DNA from: Vitrella brassicaformis CCMP3155
Taxonomy: Eukaryota > Protista > Chromerida
DNA length: 40,850 bases
Direction: 5' to 3'
Assembly (NCBI GenBank): GCA_001179505.1
Contig: CDMY01000623.1
Location: 1 to 40,850, forward strand
Shown here: positions 26,110-36,874 of the stretch, piece by piece
Position numbering within the stretch: the stretch's first letter is position 1
How the letters are laid out: each line of letters opens with the position of its first letter
The notes under the pieces: generated by a model
Told to the model about the DNA's origin: nothing
The model's input: only the letters and a program-made list of their open reading frames with translations
The model's database searches: none
Position numbers and translations under genes: made by a program

Positions 26110-27151
26110 TGTGTGTGTGTGGTGTGCAGGGACAAGCCCGACTACAGCACCGACCGGGCGATAGTGCTGCTGAGCCCTGAGCTCACTGACCCCATGCAAC
26201 AGCTGTGGGAAGAGGTCAGTGAGCTGCCCTCACGCACACACAACCACAGACGCACACACACACACACATCACTGCCAACAGATGGATGGGACGAATGGGC
26301 CGGGCCATGTTGGTATGTGTGTGGTCGTTCGTTCAGCTCAAGGAGCACCCCGACTCGCCCATTATCCTCGTCAACCCGGGATATGACAACAGGTGGGTGT
26401 GTACTTCTCTGACCGACCTGACTGACGGTGTGGGTGCACCAACAATCCACTGATCCAACGAATGAATGCGACGAATCTGACGGCGTGCCTGTGGTGTGTG
26501 TGTCAACATGAATGACATACATCAGGCCTGCACTGCACTACCAGGCCCTCGCGCGCAACCTCAGAGATGAACTCACAACGGTCTGGGACGGACGGATGGA
26601 GGGGCACACACACACACACAGAGAGTGATGTGTGTGTGTGGTGGTGGGACCGACACAGGAGACTGAGACAGTGTGGTATCTGCGTGTATACTCGTGGGGC
26701 TGTGTGGCGCGATTCTGGCCTCTCAGATACAGCGTCTGGCTGCAGGTAGGACAGGGTACCTACCTACCTGGGTGTGCAGGAAGTTGTTGTGTGATACGAT
26801 CGCAAGCATCCTCTTCCTACCCCTGTGTGTGTGTGTGTGTGTGTGTTTAGGATCCCCGATACCAATCACAGGGGGGATACAGACTCGTGCAGGTGAGGGA
26901 GCCCATACACAAACACTCACAGACAGACAGACAGACAGACAGTCGCACGCGCCAGCCAATGTGTGTGGTGTTTTCCTGCCTGGTTGCCATGCCATACTGT
27001 GTGTGTGTGTGCAGACGTATGCCAGTCGTCCCACGCGCAACATGGTCTTGAAGGCGGTCGACAACGCCATCAACGAAATGACTCCACAGAAGGAGGAAGG
27101 GTCAGATCTACACGCGGCCAACACAAGACAGAGCTTTGGTTGCTTGGTGGA

Positions 27152-27187
<36 letters not shown>

Positions 27188-27546
27188 TTTGTGTTTGTGT
27201 TTGTTCAGTGCCAATCCGCTCAAGGCCATGGCGAGTGGTGTGTCCAACATCCTCAGCACCATGGGCAAAATCACTGGTACGCTCGAACGAATGAATGAAT
27301 GAATGAGTGGCCGCACGTCGGTCGCCATGCATGGTGTGCTTAATGTGTGTTTCCTGTGCTGTGGGGTGTGTGGGCAGAGGTCTAGCGTTGCGTAGCTAGC
27401 AAACGAGCTGTAGCCAGCGGCGATGAATAAGTTCAGATTATTATTGCTGCATTCAGGCAGGCAGGCAGGCAGTAGTTTATGTGTGTGTATCATGGCCGTG
27501 GTCTGGAGCAATGCAGTCAGTCCATGCGTCTCATACAGTATTTAAA
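26110..27546 (+). repeat. Direct duplicate of 23981-25410 (last 8 exons plus 3' flank of the DUF1995 gene)
   Basis: Exons are nearly identical, splice sites are kept and the stop TAG is at 27383-27385. Differences are mostly microsatellite length changes in introns. Confidence 0.95.
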
Positions 27547-27599
27547 GGAGAGGAGAGACCCGATCGATCAGCTGTCTGTCTGTCCGTTGCCTGCCTGTT

Positions 27600-28270
27600 C
27601 TGTTGTACCCGCTGAATGTGAGGCTGCCTGTACGAACAGCCACGGTTCTATACATCGAAATGCCATCAAACTCGTCGTTGATGACTGGATCCGCAAGGGT
27701 GGGTGGTCATGCCCCTCGAGCTCGGGCGGGGCTGCCAGTGGGCGGGCGGGGCTGTGTGTGTGTGGGCGGCAGCGAAGAAGAAGAGACGGTATCCGGGTAA
27801 CTGAGCAACAGGAGAGTCGAGTGGCTGACTGGGTCGATAGACTGCTGATGGATAGACGGACAGACAGACACACTGCACTGATCACACAGGGGTCCTGGTG
27901 GGAGACAGACGGGATGTTCCAGGAACAGAACTATACTAACCACTTGTACACATACACACACAAACACGCGTCCCATCACCAACCACACATCACGGGCAGG
28001 AGGGCCAGGCCACTCATTGCAAATGTGATGGTGCGTTGTGATTTCCGTCTGTCTGTCTCACCCCTCCCCGCCCCCTCTCCGCCTCCGTCATGGCGGTGCA
28101 GCCGCCTCCCAGCCGATCGACCAACACACACACATACTGCAGGAGCAGCAACAGCAACAGATGAACGGTACATACGAGTGCTGCGCCACAGAGCAAATTT
28201 TGTGGCAAAGAGCATCTCTGCATGCAGTCCTTACCTGGCCTCTCGCGAACCGCCCGGCGGCCATATTAGT
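27600..28270. other. Scattered exon-like fragments on both strands, no coherent gene
   Basis: Plus-strand pieces such as HRNAIKLVVDDWIRK|AKKKRRYPGN* and GSWWETDGMFQEQNY; a minus-strand gtaagg donor near 28233. Confidence 0.2.
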
Positions 28271-28283
28271 GTGATCTGCAGCG

Positions 28284-28306
28284 TTAGGATTTCAGGGTTA
28301 AGGGTT
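28284..28306. repeat. Degenerate telomere-like tract TTAGGATTTCAGGGTTAAGGGTT
   Basis: Read directly; about 100 bp upstream of ATG 28403. Confidence 0.5.
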
Positions 28307-28402
28307 CCAGTCCCATCGGCGGCCCTCCACCGCCCCGTTTTGTGAGAGACGAGCAGCCGTGAAGTCCTCATCCCATTGCTTCCATCCCGTTGATCGGCGC
28401 GG

Positions 28403-30090
28403 ATGATTCGGATCCCGATGGCTCTCTATACCTGGTCGCTCTGCATCGCCCTGATCCTCTGTCAGCTGTGTCAACAAGTCTCCTCGTCTCGTGTCGCGGA
28501 GGGGGATCTGGTGAGCTGCTCACAACCGCCCGAGAACCTCCCTGAGGAGCCCATCGACATCAGGTGGAAAAGAACAGATATAGACGGCATCCCTTGCTGG
28601 TCTTGGCCGCTGCAATGAATGCATCGATTGCAGTTGTTCTGTGAAGGTCCCTGAGGCGTTCAGGAAGCGCATCCAGGCAAAGCTCAGGGACAGCCTGGAT
28701 GAAAGGGGCAAAGACACGCTCGATGTAGTCTTGCGTCTCCGAGGTTTTGAGTCCTTCCTTGAGGTGTCACTGCAGGAGGTATGTAATCCATCTTACGTAA
28801 CCATACGACAACACTCAGACGTCTCCCTCAGGTCGAGGGGCTGGACGTGACAGGTGGTGAATGCTATTTGAATATCTATAGCTGGTCGGGGCCGCGCACC
28901 TGCTACTTGGCGGGGTATGTGTGCATGACCGAGAATACAAGCTGTCAGCCCTTTTATGTATTATTGTGTCTCTGTCCAGTCTGAAAAAAACCGGCAAGCT
29001 GAATGGCAATACCCTTATGATCGCAATGCTCTCATGGATTGACCAGTTTTCGCCTGCGTACGGCTGCACAGAGGTGACAATCGATGACGCCAGCAGCATC
29101 AAGGAGATGTATGTGCTCTCAAAAGCAGGTACGCGCAGATGATGCACAGGCTCTGACATGCACATCGATCCGTTCAATTCGTCGGCATGTGCATGTCAGG
29201 CTTCTACTATCAATCCTTTGGCTTCCGGCATGCCCCTTCGGCGAGACAAAGAGGCATGATCGGAAACTGCAAGAAGATGATCAGCTCTCTTTTTGACAGG
29301 AAGGACAGTCTTCCAACCGCCGAATTCAATCTCGTCAAGGCCATTCACGAGGAGGCCAAGGTGCACGAGAGGATGGGCATGATCTACAAAAAGGTCCTCG
29401 ATGTCAACATTAATGATGGCGCCGCCACACTCGAGCCAGTGGCACTCGAGCAGCTCCGCGGCAGAATGGTCGAGGGCGTAGAGCAGGAGAGCGGCTTCAA
29501 GAAGGAGATGCTGCCCTGGCAGCCGCTGCGCATAGCGTTCGACATCCTCAAGGCTTGGCCGGAAGTCATAGAGATGACTCGTGAGTGCGTGGCGAAGCGC
29601 GAGAGGATTGCTGACGGCCCGCAAAACCCCCAAGCCAAAAAGCTGCTGCCCCATCTGGCCCCATCAGTGACCATCGACCCCAGCTACCCCCCAGGCATCA
29701 CGGCTCACCAGGTCATTACATGGACTCAGTACGCGCTCAGTTGCCTTGATTGATGGTACAAGTGTGTGTCTCTCTCCTGGTGTGTGTGTCACCAAACAGA
29801 TCATGTGTCTCATTCAGTCAGCCCGTCTGGCGCTCGTGACGAGCGAAGACAAAGAGGTGCTCCGGGAAGAGATGTGGAAAATGCCGTCCCTCAGACTGCT
29901 CGAATTCAGCCTCCCTGACGATGCGAGGCGATGCCTGCGCGTCAGTGATGCTGTGCGGCAGCTGAATGACACACATGCCTACAGCCTGGTGGAAGAGTTT
30001 GCCCCGGAGCTCCTGCAGGAGAGCCGGAAGAGGCAAAGAAGCGAAGAGGCACAAGAGGAGGAAGCGAGGAGCAAGGCACAGAAGTACTAA
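28403..30090 (+). CDS. Secreted protein with a GNAT-like acetyltransferase core and a basic C-terminal NLS-like motif
   Basis: Signal peptide MALYTWSLCIALILCQLCQQVSS; spliced core CYLAGLKKTGKLNGNTLMIAMLSWIDQFSPAYGCTEVTIDDAS..SKAGFYYQSFGF; C-terminus SRKRQRSEE..KY* (TAA 30088-30090). The fold call is by motif recognition only. Confidence 0.6.
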
Positions 30091-30883
30091 TGGTAGAAAC
30101 CATGAGACACGAATCATCCGGGCCGCAGACGGATCGAACTCGCCGGGCCACGTGCCTCTTCGCGTGGGTTGAGACTTGACCCTCCATGGCTGACCCATTA
30201 ATGCGTTTTCTTCGAGCAATAAAGCGGAGTGACCTAAGGCTTTTTACACTTATTACCTTGTTTCGGCCAGTGTTCGGGTAAGCGGAGCTCAAACAAGGGG
30301 CAAACCAGCGAGACACGCGGCATGCCCCGAACGCATCTCTGCACCTTTTGCATCGACTCGACAGCATGCCAAGATCTCACCAAACACGGATGATGATGGC
30401 GCCGCGAAGGCAACTCGCCAGAACGACGTCTATCTCCCGAGGACGTCGTTGAAGATGATGCAAATGGCGGATGAAAGGTCCCCTGCGGCAACCGTCAAAC
30501 CAACGATTCTTACGCTGCAGCTCGCACACCACTCGCACATCATATGTCCATCCTGGCCGCGGCCAGCGATGACTGTGTATGGGCGGTTTCAGATCTCAAT
30601 AGTCCTTACAGAGCGTTATGAACAGGCGGGCACACATGGCATGGTCAGAAAGCGACGAACGAACAGAGGACATCCACATGTAGAGAAAGCTGTATGGCTT
30701 CGATTTGCGAAAACATCTGCTGCCTTCATATACACACACAGGCATGTGCACACATACAGAGTGTACAGATAAAGACGCCCCCCAATTAATGCATCAGTCA
30801 ATCAATCAAAGCGGCCCGGCCACACACACAGCGCAACAAGAAGGAAAGTTGGCCGCCTGTCTGTCTGTCTGTCTGTCTCTTTG

Positions 30884-30994
30884 TCAGTCGATGCTGACGA
30901 GTTTGAGTGCCATGTTTTGGTACGACTTGAGCTCGATCCACAGCGGCCCGCCGCCGCTGTGGCATGACCAATACGGATCGTGGCGGTTGTAATC
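30884..30994 (-). other. Foreign exon DYNRHDPYWSCHSGGGPLWIELKSYQNMALKL(VSID*) downstream of the truncated ankyrin gene
   Basis: Acceptor gtgtgtgtatgtgtcag at 30995-30996; GC3-rich frame; out of phase with the ankyrin frame. Confidence 0.35.
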
Positions 30995-31013
30995 CTGACA
31001 CATACACACACAC

Positions 31014-32862
31014 GTGTGGCGTGTAGGCATCGGTGAGGGGTGAGGGCGGCGTTGACGGCCGCTATGACGGCAGTAGGCAGCTCGTTGAGCACCGCCGCAT
31101 GCTCCGTCAGCACCAGCTGGCGCTCACGGCGGTTCTCCTCTGTGGCCGTGGGGATGGTGTTGATGTCGGCCCCCGCCCGCAGCAGGCTGCGATGATCAGC
31201 TTGTACTTGTCACTCCCGGCGCGACACTCCTCCTTGTCGGCCTCGGGCGTCTCCGGGTCCTGCAGCTCTTGGGTGTGGTGATCGAGCCATCCGGTAGCTA
31301 TGGCGAGGGGCGTTTCGCCGAGGACTGTCCGTCTGTTGATCTGGTCAGCAGCGGGCAGCTTGCGGCAGAGGGAGTCGGCTACGTAGAGAGAGTCATGCAA
31401 TGCCGCTTCGTGCAGTGGCGTCCATCCACCGCCGCTGGCTGCCGTCATGTCGGCCCCGTTCGTCGTGATAAGGTCGAGGTAGCTGTTGATGAAGGACTGG
31501 GGATAGTTCCCTTTGGCCCAAACGGCTGCCAGGTGCACCAGGTTTTCATCGAAACGTCGTTCGGTGGCGAGGGTGGGGTCTCGTGCGATGACTTCCCGAA
31601 ACATCGACAGCAGCACCTCTTGGTAGTCTGGAGGAGGGTCACTCAGGGGACGGGGCAGCGCCATCACCATTACTGCGCCGTCTTGTGCAGGCAGGTCGAT
31701 GTCGGGGCGGGCCGTCAGCACGTCGAATGCCGTCTGATCGCCGGATGCAATCGCCCGCCGAATGGGCCGCACGAGGTCCTCTTCGTCATCGGCTGTCGCG
31801 TTGGGGTCGGCGCCTTGGTTGATGAGTGCGGCCAGGATGGCCGACTGCAGCTTGTCAGACGACCAGTGTGGCAGGGCGACGGGACGCTCATAACCATCAT
31901 CACTTGCATGGATGGTCGGGACGGCATAATCCGACTTGTTGTCAATGGCGAGATGGACCAGCGAGTAGGGAATGCCAGCACACCCGCTGCCCTTCTGCCG
32001 CAGTCGAGGCACCACATGGGGGTCGGCACCCTGCTCGATGAGGTCGGTCGCGTGCTGCGGGGCGGAGATGGTGCGGCCGATGATGCCCAGCGTCAGCTCC
32101 TTGGTGAGGCTGTCCGTGTCGTGGGGGAAACGAGCCTCGATGTCATTGGCTCCCCCGAAGCCGTCAGGCACCTCAACCGTGGTGGCCACCACCACAGGAT
32201 GGCCTGCAACACACACACACACAGCCACCACACGACACACACAGTGAAGGAATGTGTGTGCGGATCACATTCTGTCTGTCTGACTGCCTGGCGTACCGTC
32301 CTCCTCATAACCGTCGTCATAGTCGTCATAGTCGTCGTCATCGATGCCGTCGCCCAGCGGCCCATCGTCGTTATCACTGTCGTCCTGCACACCATCCTGC
32401 CGCAACAAACAGGAACAGAGAGGAAACCCGCTGACGCTCGTCGCACGGGGCGGTTGGTGCTGTCAATGAGTGACTCACCGATTCGGATTCGCTATCAGCT
32501 GCCGCCTGTAGACCTTCCTCCTCCTCCTCCTCCTCCTCCTCCTCGGCCATCTCACCATCCTCCTCCTCTCGCAACAAATCTGAAACGAAGACATTCCAAC
32601 ACATTCGTCAGCAAAAGCAAGAATGAGTGTGCTGCTGGCCGCTGATGTGTTGATCAGTCTGTGTGGCGTGCTGTTGACTCACCACTGTCAGCGTTCTTGT
32701 CGTCTTGCCCGTCTGGCTGCCCGCCACCCTTGTTGTCCTCTTCTCTGTGTGTGGCGTACCTGCGTCGCCACCGTCACAGAGGCGTACCTGCGTCGCCACC
32801 TGCACCCACATGGCCTCTGTGTCCGCAGCAGAGGCCATGTGGGTGTCTTGACCCTCGGACAT
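31014..32862 (-). pseudogene. Ankyrin-repeat protein gene (lineage-expanded type) with a 1-nt deletion at about 31190 and a truncated 3' end
   Basis: Exons MSEGQDTH.., an acidic E/D-rich linker, then LIEQGADP, LINQGADPNA, NGADMTAASGGGWTPLHEAA, GETPLAIA. After KYKLII the family-like continuation (R)SLLRAGADINTIPTATEENRRERQLVLTEHAAVLNELPTAV is in another frame. Confidence 0.75.
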
Positions 32863-33097
32863 GTCACTCAAACAGACACCAACAGCTGCACCGACCACAC
32901 ACACAGAGAGGCGACAAGAGATGGGCAGACACCTGCTGCAGGTGTTGTGTGTGTGTTCGCCCACCTAGCTATGAGTCAAATGGTACAATGGCGCTCAAAC
33001 AAGCCGCCCCGTCACCAAGACCGACCTGCACAACACGACACCGACACACAGAGGCAGCAAGTCACCTGACGACTGGTGGTGAGCCAATCGCATGTGC

Positions 33098-33134
33098 GGG
33101 ATTCAGGGTTTCGGGTTTTCTAACCCTAAACCCC
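33098..33134. repeat. Head-to-head telomere-like tract GGGATTCAGGGTTTCGGGTT-ttct-AACCCTAAACCCC (hairpin-capable)
   Basis: gggttt-c-gggtt pairs with aaccc-t-aaaccc. It lies between the divergent ankyrin and FMO starts. Confidence 0.6.
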
Positions 33135-33257
33135 AGCCAATTGACCCCAGCAGTTTTGAAAACCGACCAGATGCCCTCAATCTGACGTTTACGTGCCGGC
33201 CAATCGAGCAGTTGTGAGCGTCTTCGGACCGTCAGACTCGAGTCCATCCATCCATCC

Positions 33258-35074
33258 ATGTGCAATGGCGACGACAGCAAGAGCGTGGCCGTCCTCGGGG
33301 CTGGAGGAGGTGGGAGTCACTGGCAGGAGGCAGGGTGCCTACGCGATCACCATTTTGTTTTGTTTCTTCGTCTGTTTGTTTGTCCTGCCTGCCTGTTTGC
33401 TGCTGCGTTGTGTCTGTCAGGTGGTCTGGTGGCGGCCCGACTGCTGCGCGATGCAGGTTTCCGGGTCAAGGTTTTCGAGGCCTCTGACCAGATCGGTGGC
33501 GTGTGGGTCTACAGCGACTCTCCCACGCGCGGCGCACTGTACAAGAGCCTGCACACCAACCTGCCCAAGGAAGTTATGGCGTACAGCGACTTCCCCTTCG
33601 ATGCCGCCCTCCCGTCCTTCATGAAGCACGAGGATGTACTCAACTACCTGCAGGCCTACGCCCGGCACTTCAACCTTTATCACATGATCGCCCTCTCCAC
33701 ACCGGTGCGGTCGGCGGAATACGTGCCGGGGACGGACTGGCAGGGGGATGGCGGCAGACCACCAGGGCGGTAGGTAGGGCGGCACATTTGTTTGTCTGTG
33801 AGCATGTCTGTGTGTGTGTTGTATTACAGCTGGTTGGTCAACGGAGAGGAGGTGTTTGGGGCGCTGGTCGTGGCCAATGGGCACTACAACGTGCCGCACT
33901 ACCCACCGCTGCTCAAGAACGATTTCACTGGTGTCGCCATCCATTCCAAAGAGTACCGCTCCCCTTCACCATTCGCCAACAAGCGCGTTTTGCTCGTCGG
34001 CGAGGGGCGCAGCGGCAAAGGTCAGTGAGTGAGTCCTGTGCCTACCTAACACTGACTGACTGACTGACCCCACTGGCCCGTCCCTGTTGATCGATGCGAT
34101 GCTTGCCAACCGCCGATGGTATGTATGCTTTGAACAGATTTGGTGTGGGAGCTTCACAGCCTCGCTAGGAAGGTGGTCTGGTCTGGCACCTCGTTCAGCG
34201 ACCCCGACGCAGCCGCGTCAGCGAGAGGCAAGCTGCCCTCGAGTGTGTGGCCGGTCGGCCGCCTGGAGGGGCTGGACAAGGGCGGGCGGTATATCGTGAA
34301 GGGGGCAGCCGGCGAGCTCGTCACAAGCCAAGACACCGTTGATGCTGTCATCTACGCCACCGGCTACAAATTTGGTAGGCGAGCAGGCAGGACTCAAGTG
34401 CGTTGGTGCAGAGTGCGTGGCTGAGTGGCTGTGCAGATTTCCCCTTCTTCTCGGAGTCGAGTGGTCTCTTCCCCTCCGAGTGCACGATGCGCTCCCCCGA
34501 GGGCGCCTTTCGTGAGTCGCTGCATCTGCACTTGTTTCACCGGAAGCACCCGTCGAGCCTGTTCTTCCTGGGCCTGCCGGAGTTCGGGCCGGGGATCTTC
34601 AAGGTCATGGAGCACCAGACCAAGGCGATCATTGCCGTCATGAAGGGACACGTCAGCACAGAGGTACTTTTGCAATCAATCAGGGGAGGCCGACAGACAC
34701 ACACTCACACAGAGAGAGAGAGAAAGGGATGCCTGCTCTTTGTCTCTCTCTCTCTCTCTCTGTGCGTGTGTGTGTGTGTGTAGGATTTGGCGTCGTTGGA
34801 TATCAGGTGTTCCTTCCCATACGGCCACATGCGAGACGACATTTTCCCCTACTGTGTGATGCTGGACTCGCTGCCCGCCGGCACCCACCGATCATTCCCG
34901 GACGACCACTGGCAGGTGAAGCTTCCGAGGGACATCGAGGTGCGCATGGAAGTGGCCAGGGACACCCGAGAGGCGAGAGCCAGCATGCCGCAGAGATACA
35001 GAGATCGGAACTATCGCATCATCGAGAGTGATGGGGTCGAAGGGGGAATCACATGGGAGGTGGTGGTCGAGTGA
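33258..35074 (+). CDS. Flavin-containing monooxygenase (class B FMO)
   Basis: FAD Rossmann VAVLGAGGGGL, FEASDQIGGVW, LYKSLHTNLPKE, FMO fingerprint FTGVAIHSKEY, NADPH Rossmann VLLVGEGRSG, DAVIYATGY; TGA at 35072-35074. Confidence 0.94.
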
Positions 35075-35549
35075 TGGTCCGTATGGACGAGCTGCATGGT
35101 GAGTCCTGCCCGGCTCAAGCGCAGCGCATGCGTTCGTTTTGGTAGACAAGGGTGCGTGTGGTGTGTGGTGTGGCGTGGTATGGCGCACAGCCCTACAGGT
35201 ATGCTGCTTTTGTCGCGAGACAGACACACACACACATTATTTCACGCAAATGTCTCTCGCGTGCAATGCAATTGTGTGATTCTTACAACAAACAGAAACG
35301 TCTCTGCGATAGCTTCGATCAAGATCAAAATGCACCATGCATTGATTGGCTCGTGATGACACACGTGACGGTAAAACGAGCTCAATGAGAGGAAGGATCG
35401 GCATGGGATGGCACTGGTCCATGAATCACAACTGACTCCGTACGGCATCCAACAACCCACCACCAATCAGTCACCTTGACACGCATTGAAAGTGTCGCAG
35501 CAGCAGCGGCCCGTGCGGCCCGTCCTCACCAAACGGCCCACTTCTCATG

Positions 35550-36700
35550 GCTGGAGCAAACGTATGGAAGCCAACCAGCAAAGCCAGCATGACGCATCCA
35601 CTGCCTCTCTCTCTCTCTCTCTCTGCCTGTGTGTGTGATCGTACTCAGCAAAAGACGTGCACACGTACATGGAGTTTAGTGCATCCATCGAGACAGTGGA
35701 CAGACAGGGCCAGCCATTTGCACGCACATCGCGGCATTTGGTGCACTGCACCTGTAGGTAGTCGATCACGAATGCACAGACAGTCACCACAGATACCGAC
35801 GTCTGCACACTGACTGCAGCAGCCGTATGTATACGCACACAGCAGCAGGCACCCCATAGTTCCGTTCCGCACACTACACACACAGGCAGAATCAACTTGA
35901 TCAGACAGGGGAGAGGGAGAGGGAGAGGGAGAGGGAGGGGGAGAGAGAGGCAGCCCTTCGGCACCCGCCACCACACCAATACACACAAACGACTCTTTAT
36001 TGTCTAGGACACTCACACATAAACTACAATCCGACCCAGCCACACGTCGGGGCCTACCAAAACCAATACGCGAACAAGGTGTCCAATGCCGCCAAAAAAT
36101 GCCATGCGCGAAGGCCGGTATGGCACCGACCTTGCCCTCTCCCCTGGCCTCTTTCTGCAGCCAGCCAAGACGGAGGAAAATTCTGTCCCATGCGATTGAT
36201 CCGTGCACACACCGACACACATACAAATGCTTGGCGGACAAATACCAATCCAGACACACACCCACACCAACAAATGGACTCACCGCATGGGCAGGCCCGC
36301 CCCCTCCCCGCTGCCCTCCCTGTCTGCGATGGAATGACATATATAGCACTCACTGCACGCACCTATCTCTCCGGATCAAACAAGACAAGACCCACAAATA
36401 CGCCGTCCAATAAATGCGATGTGTAAGTAAAGCGGCAGGCACACAAATATGGACACACACACACACACACACACACAAATATGGCCCCCAGGCAAACCAG
36501 GCCGGGCCCCCTCCCTCCAATGGTCCGCCCCTCTCTCCCGTCAGTCAGTCAGTCACTCAGTCAGTAAGTCAGTCCGGGCAGAGAGAAGCGCTTCTGTCTT
36601 ACTTGACGATCCGCTACAGAACAGTGCGCACTGGTACACACGGAGAAAAGGTATGTACAGACACCAAGACACTCATCCATCAGTGACTCACACACATAGA
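35550..36700 (-). other. Possible spliced transcript with no convincing ORF
   Basis: Several minus-strand donors (gtaagac, gtgagtc) and (GT)n-AG acceptors; no frame yields a recognisable protein. Confidence 0.2.
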
Positions 36701-36874
36701 TCAGATCCCATATCCACCGGGGGGATATGCCCAGCAAACAGACACGTTAGTAACGCATAGGCAGACAGTCGTCTACATGTATACGCTTCAGACCATCCAG
36801 CCACCCACCCACCCACGCACATTAAGTAATTACACCGACCGACCGCAGCACAGCCAACTCAGTCACACCGACCA

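Noticed and set aside
30422-30450. 9-bp inverted repeat aacgacgtc..gacgtcgtt
   Set aside because: Isolated short hairpin, expected by chance in GC-rich DNA.
31269-32645. 458-aa plus-strand ORF
   Set aside because: Antisense shadow of the GC3-rich ankyrin exon.
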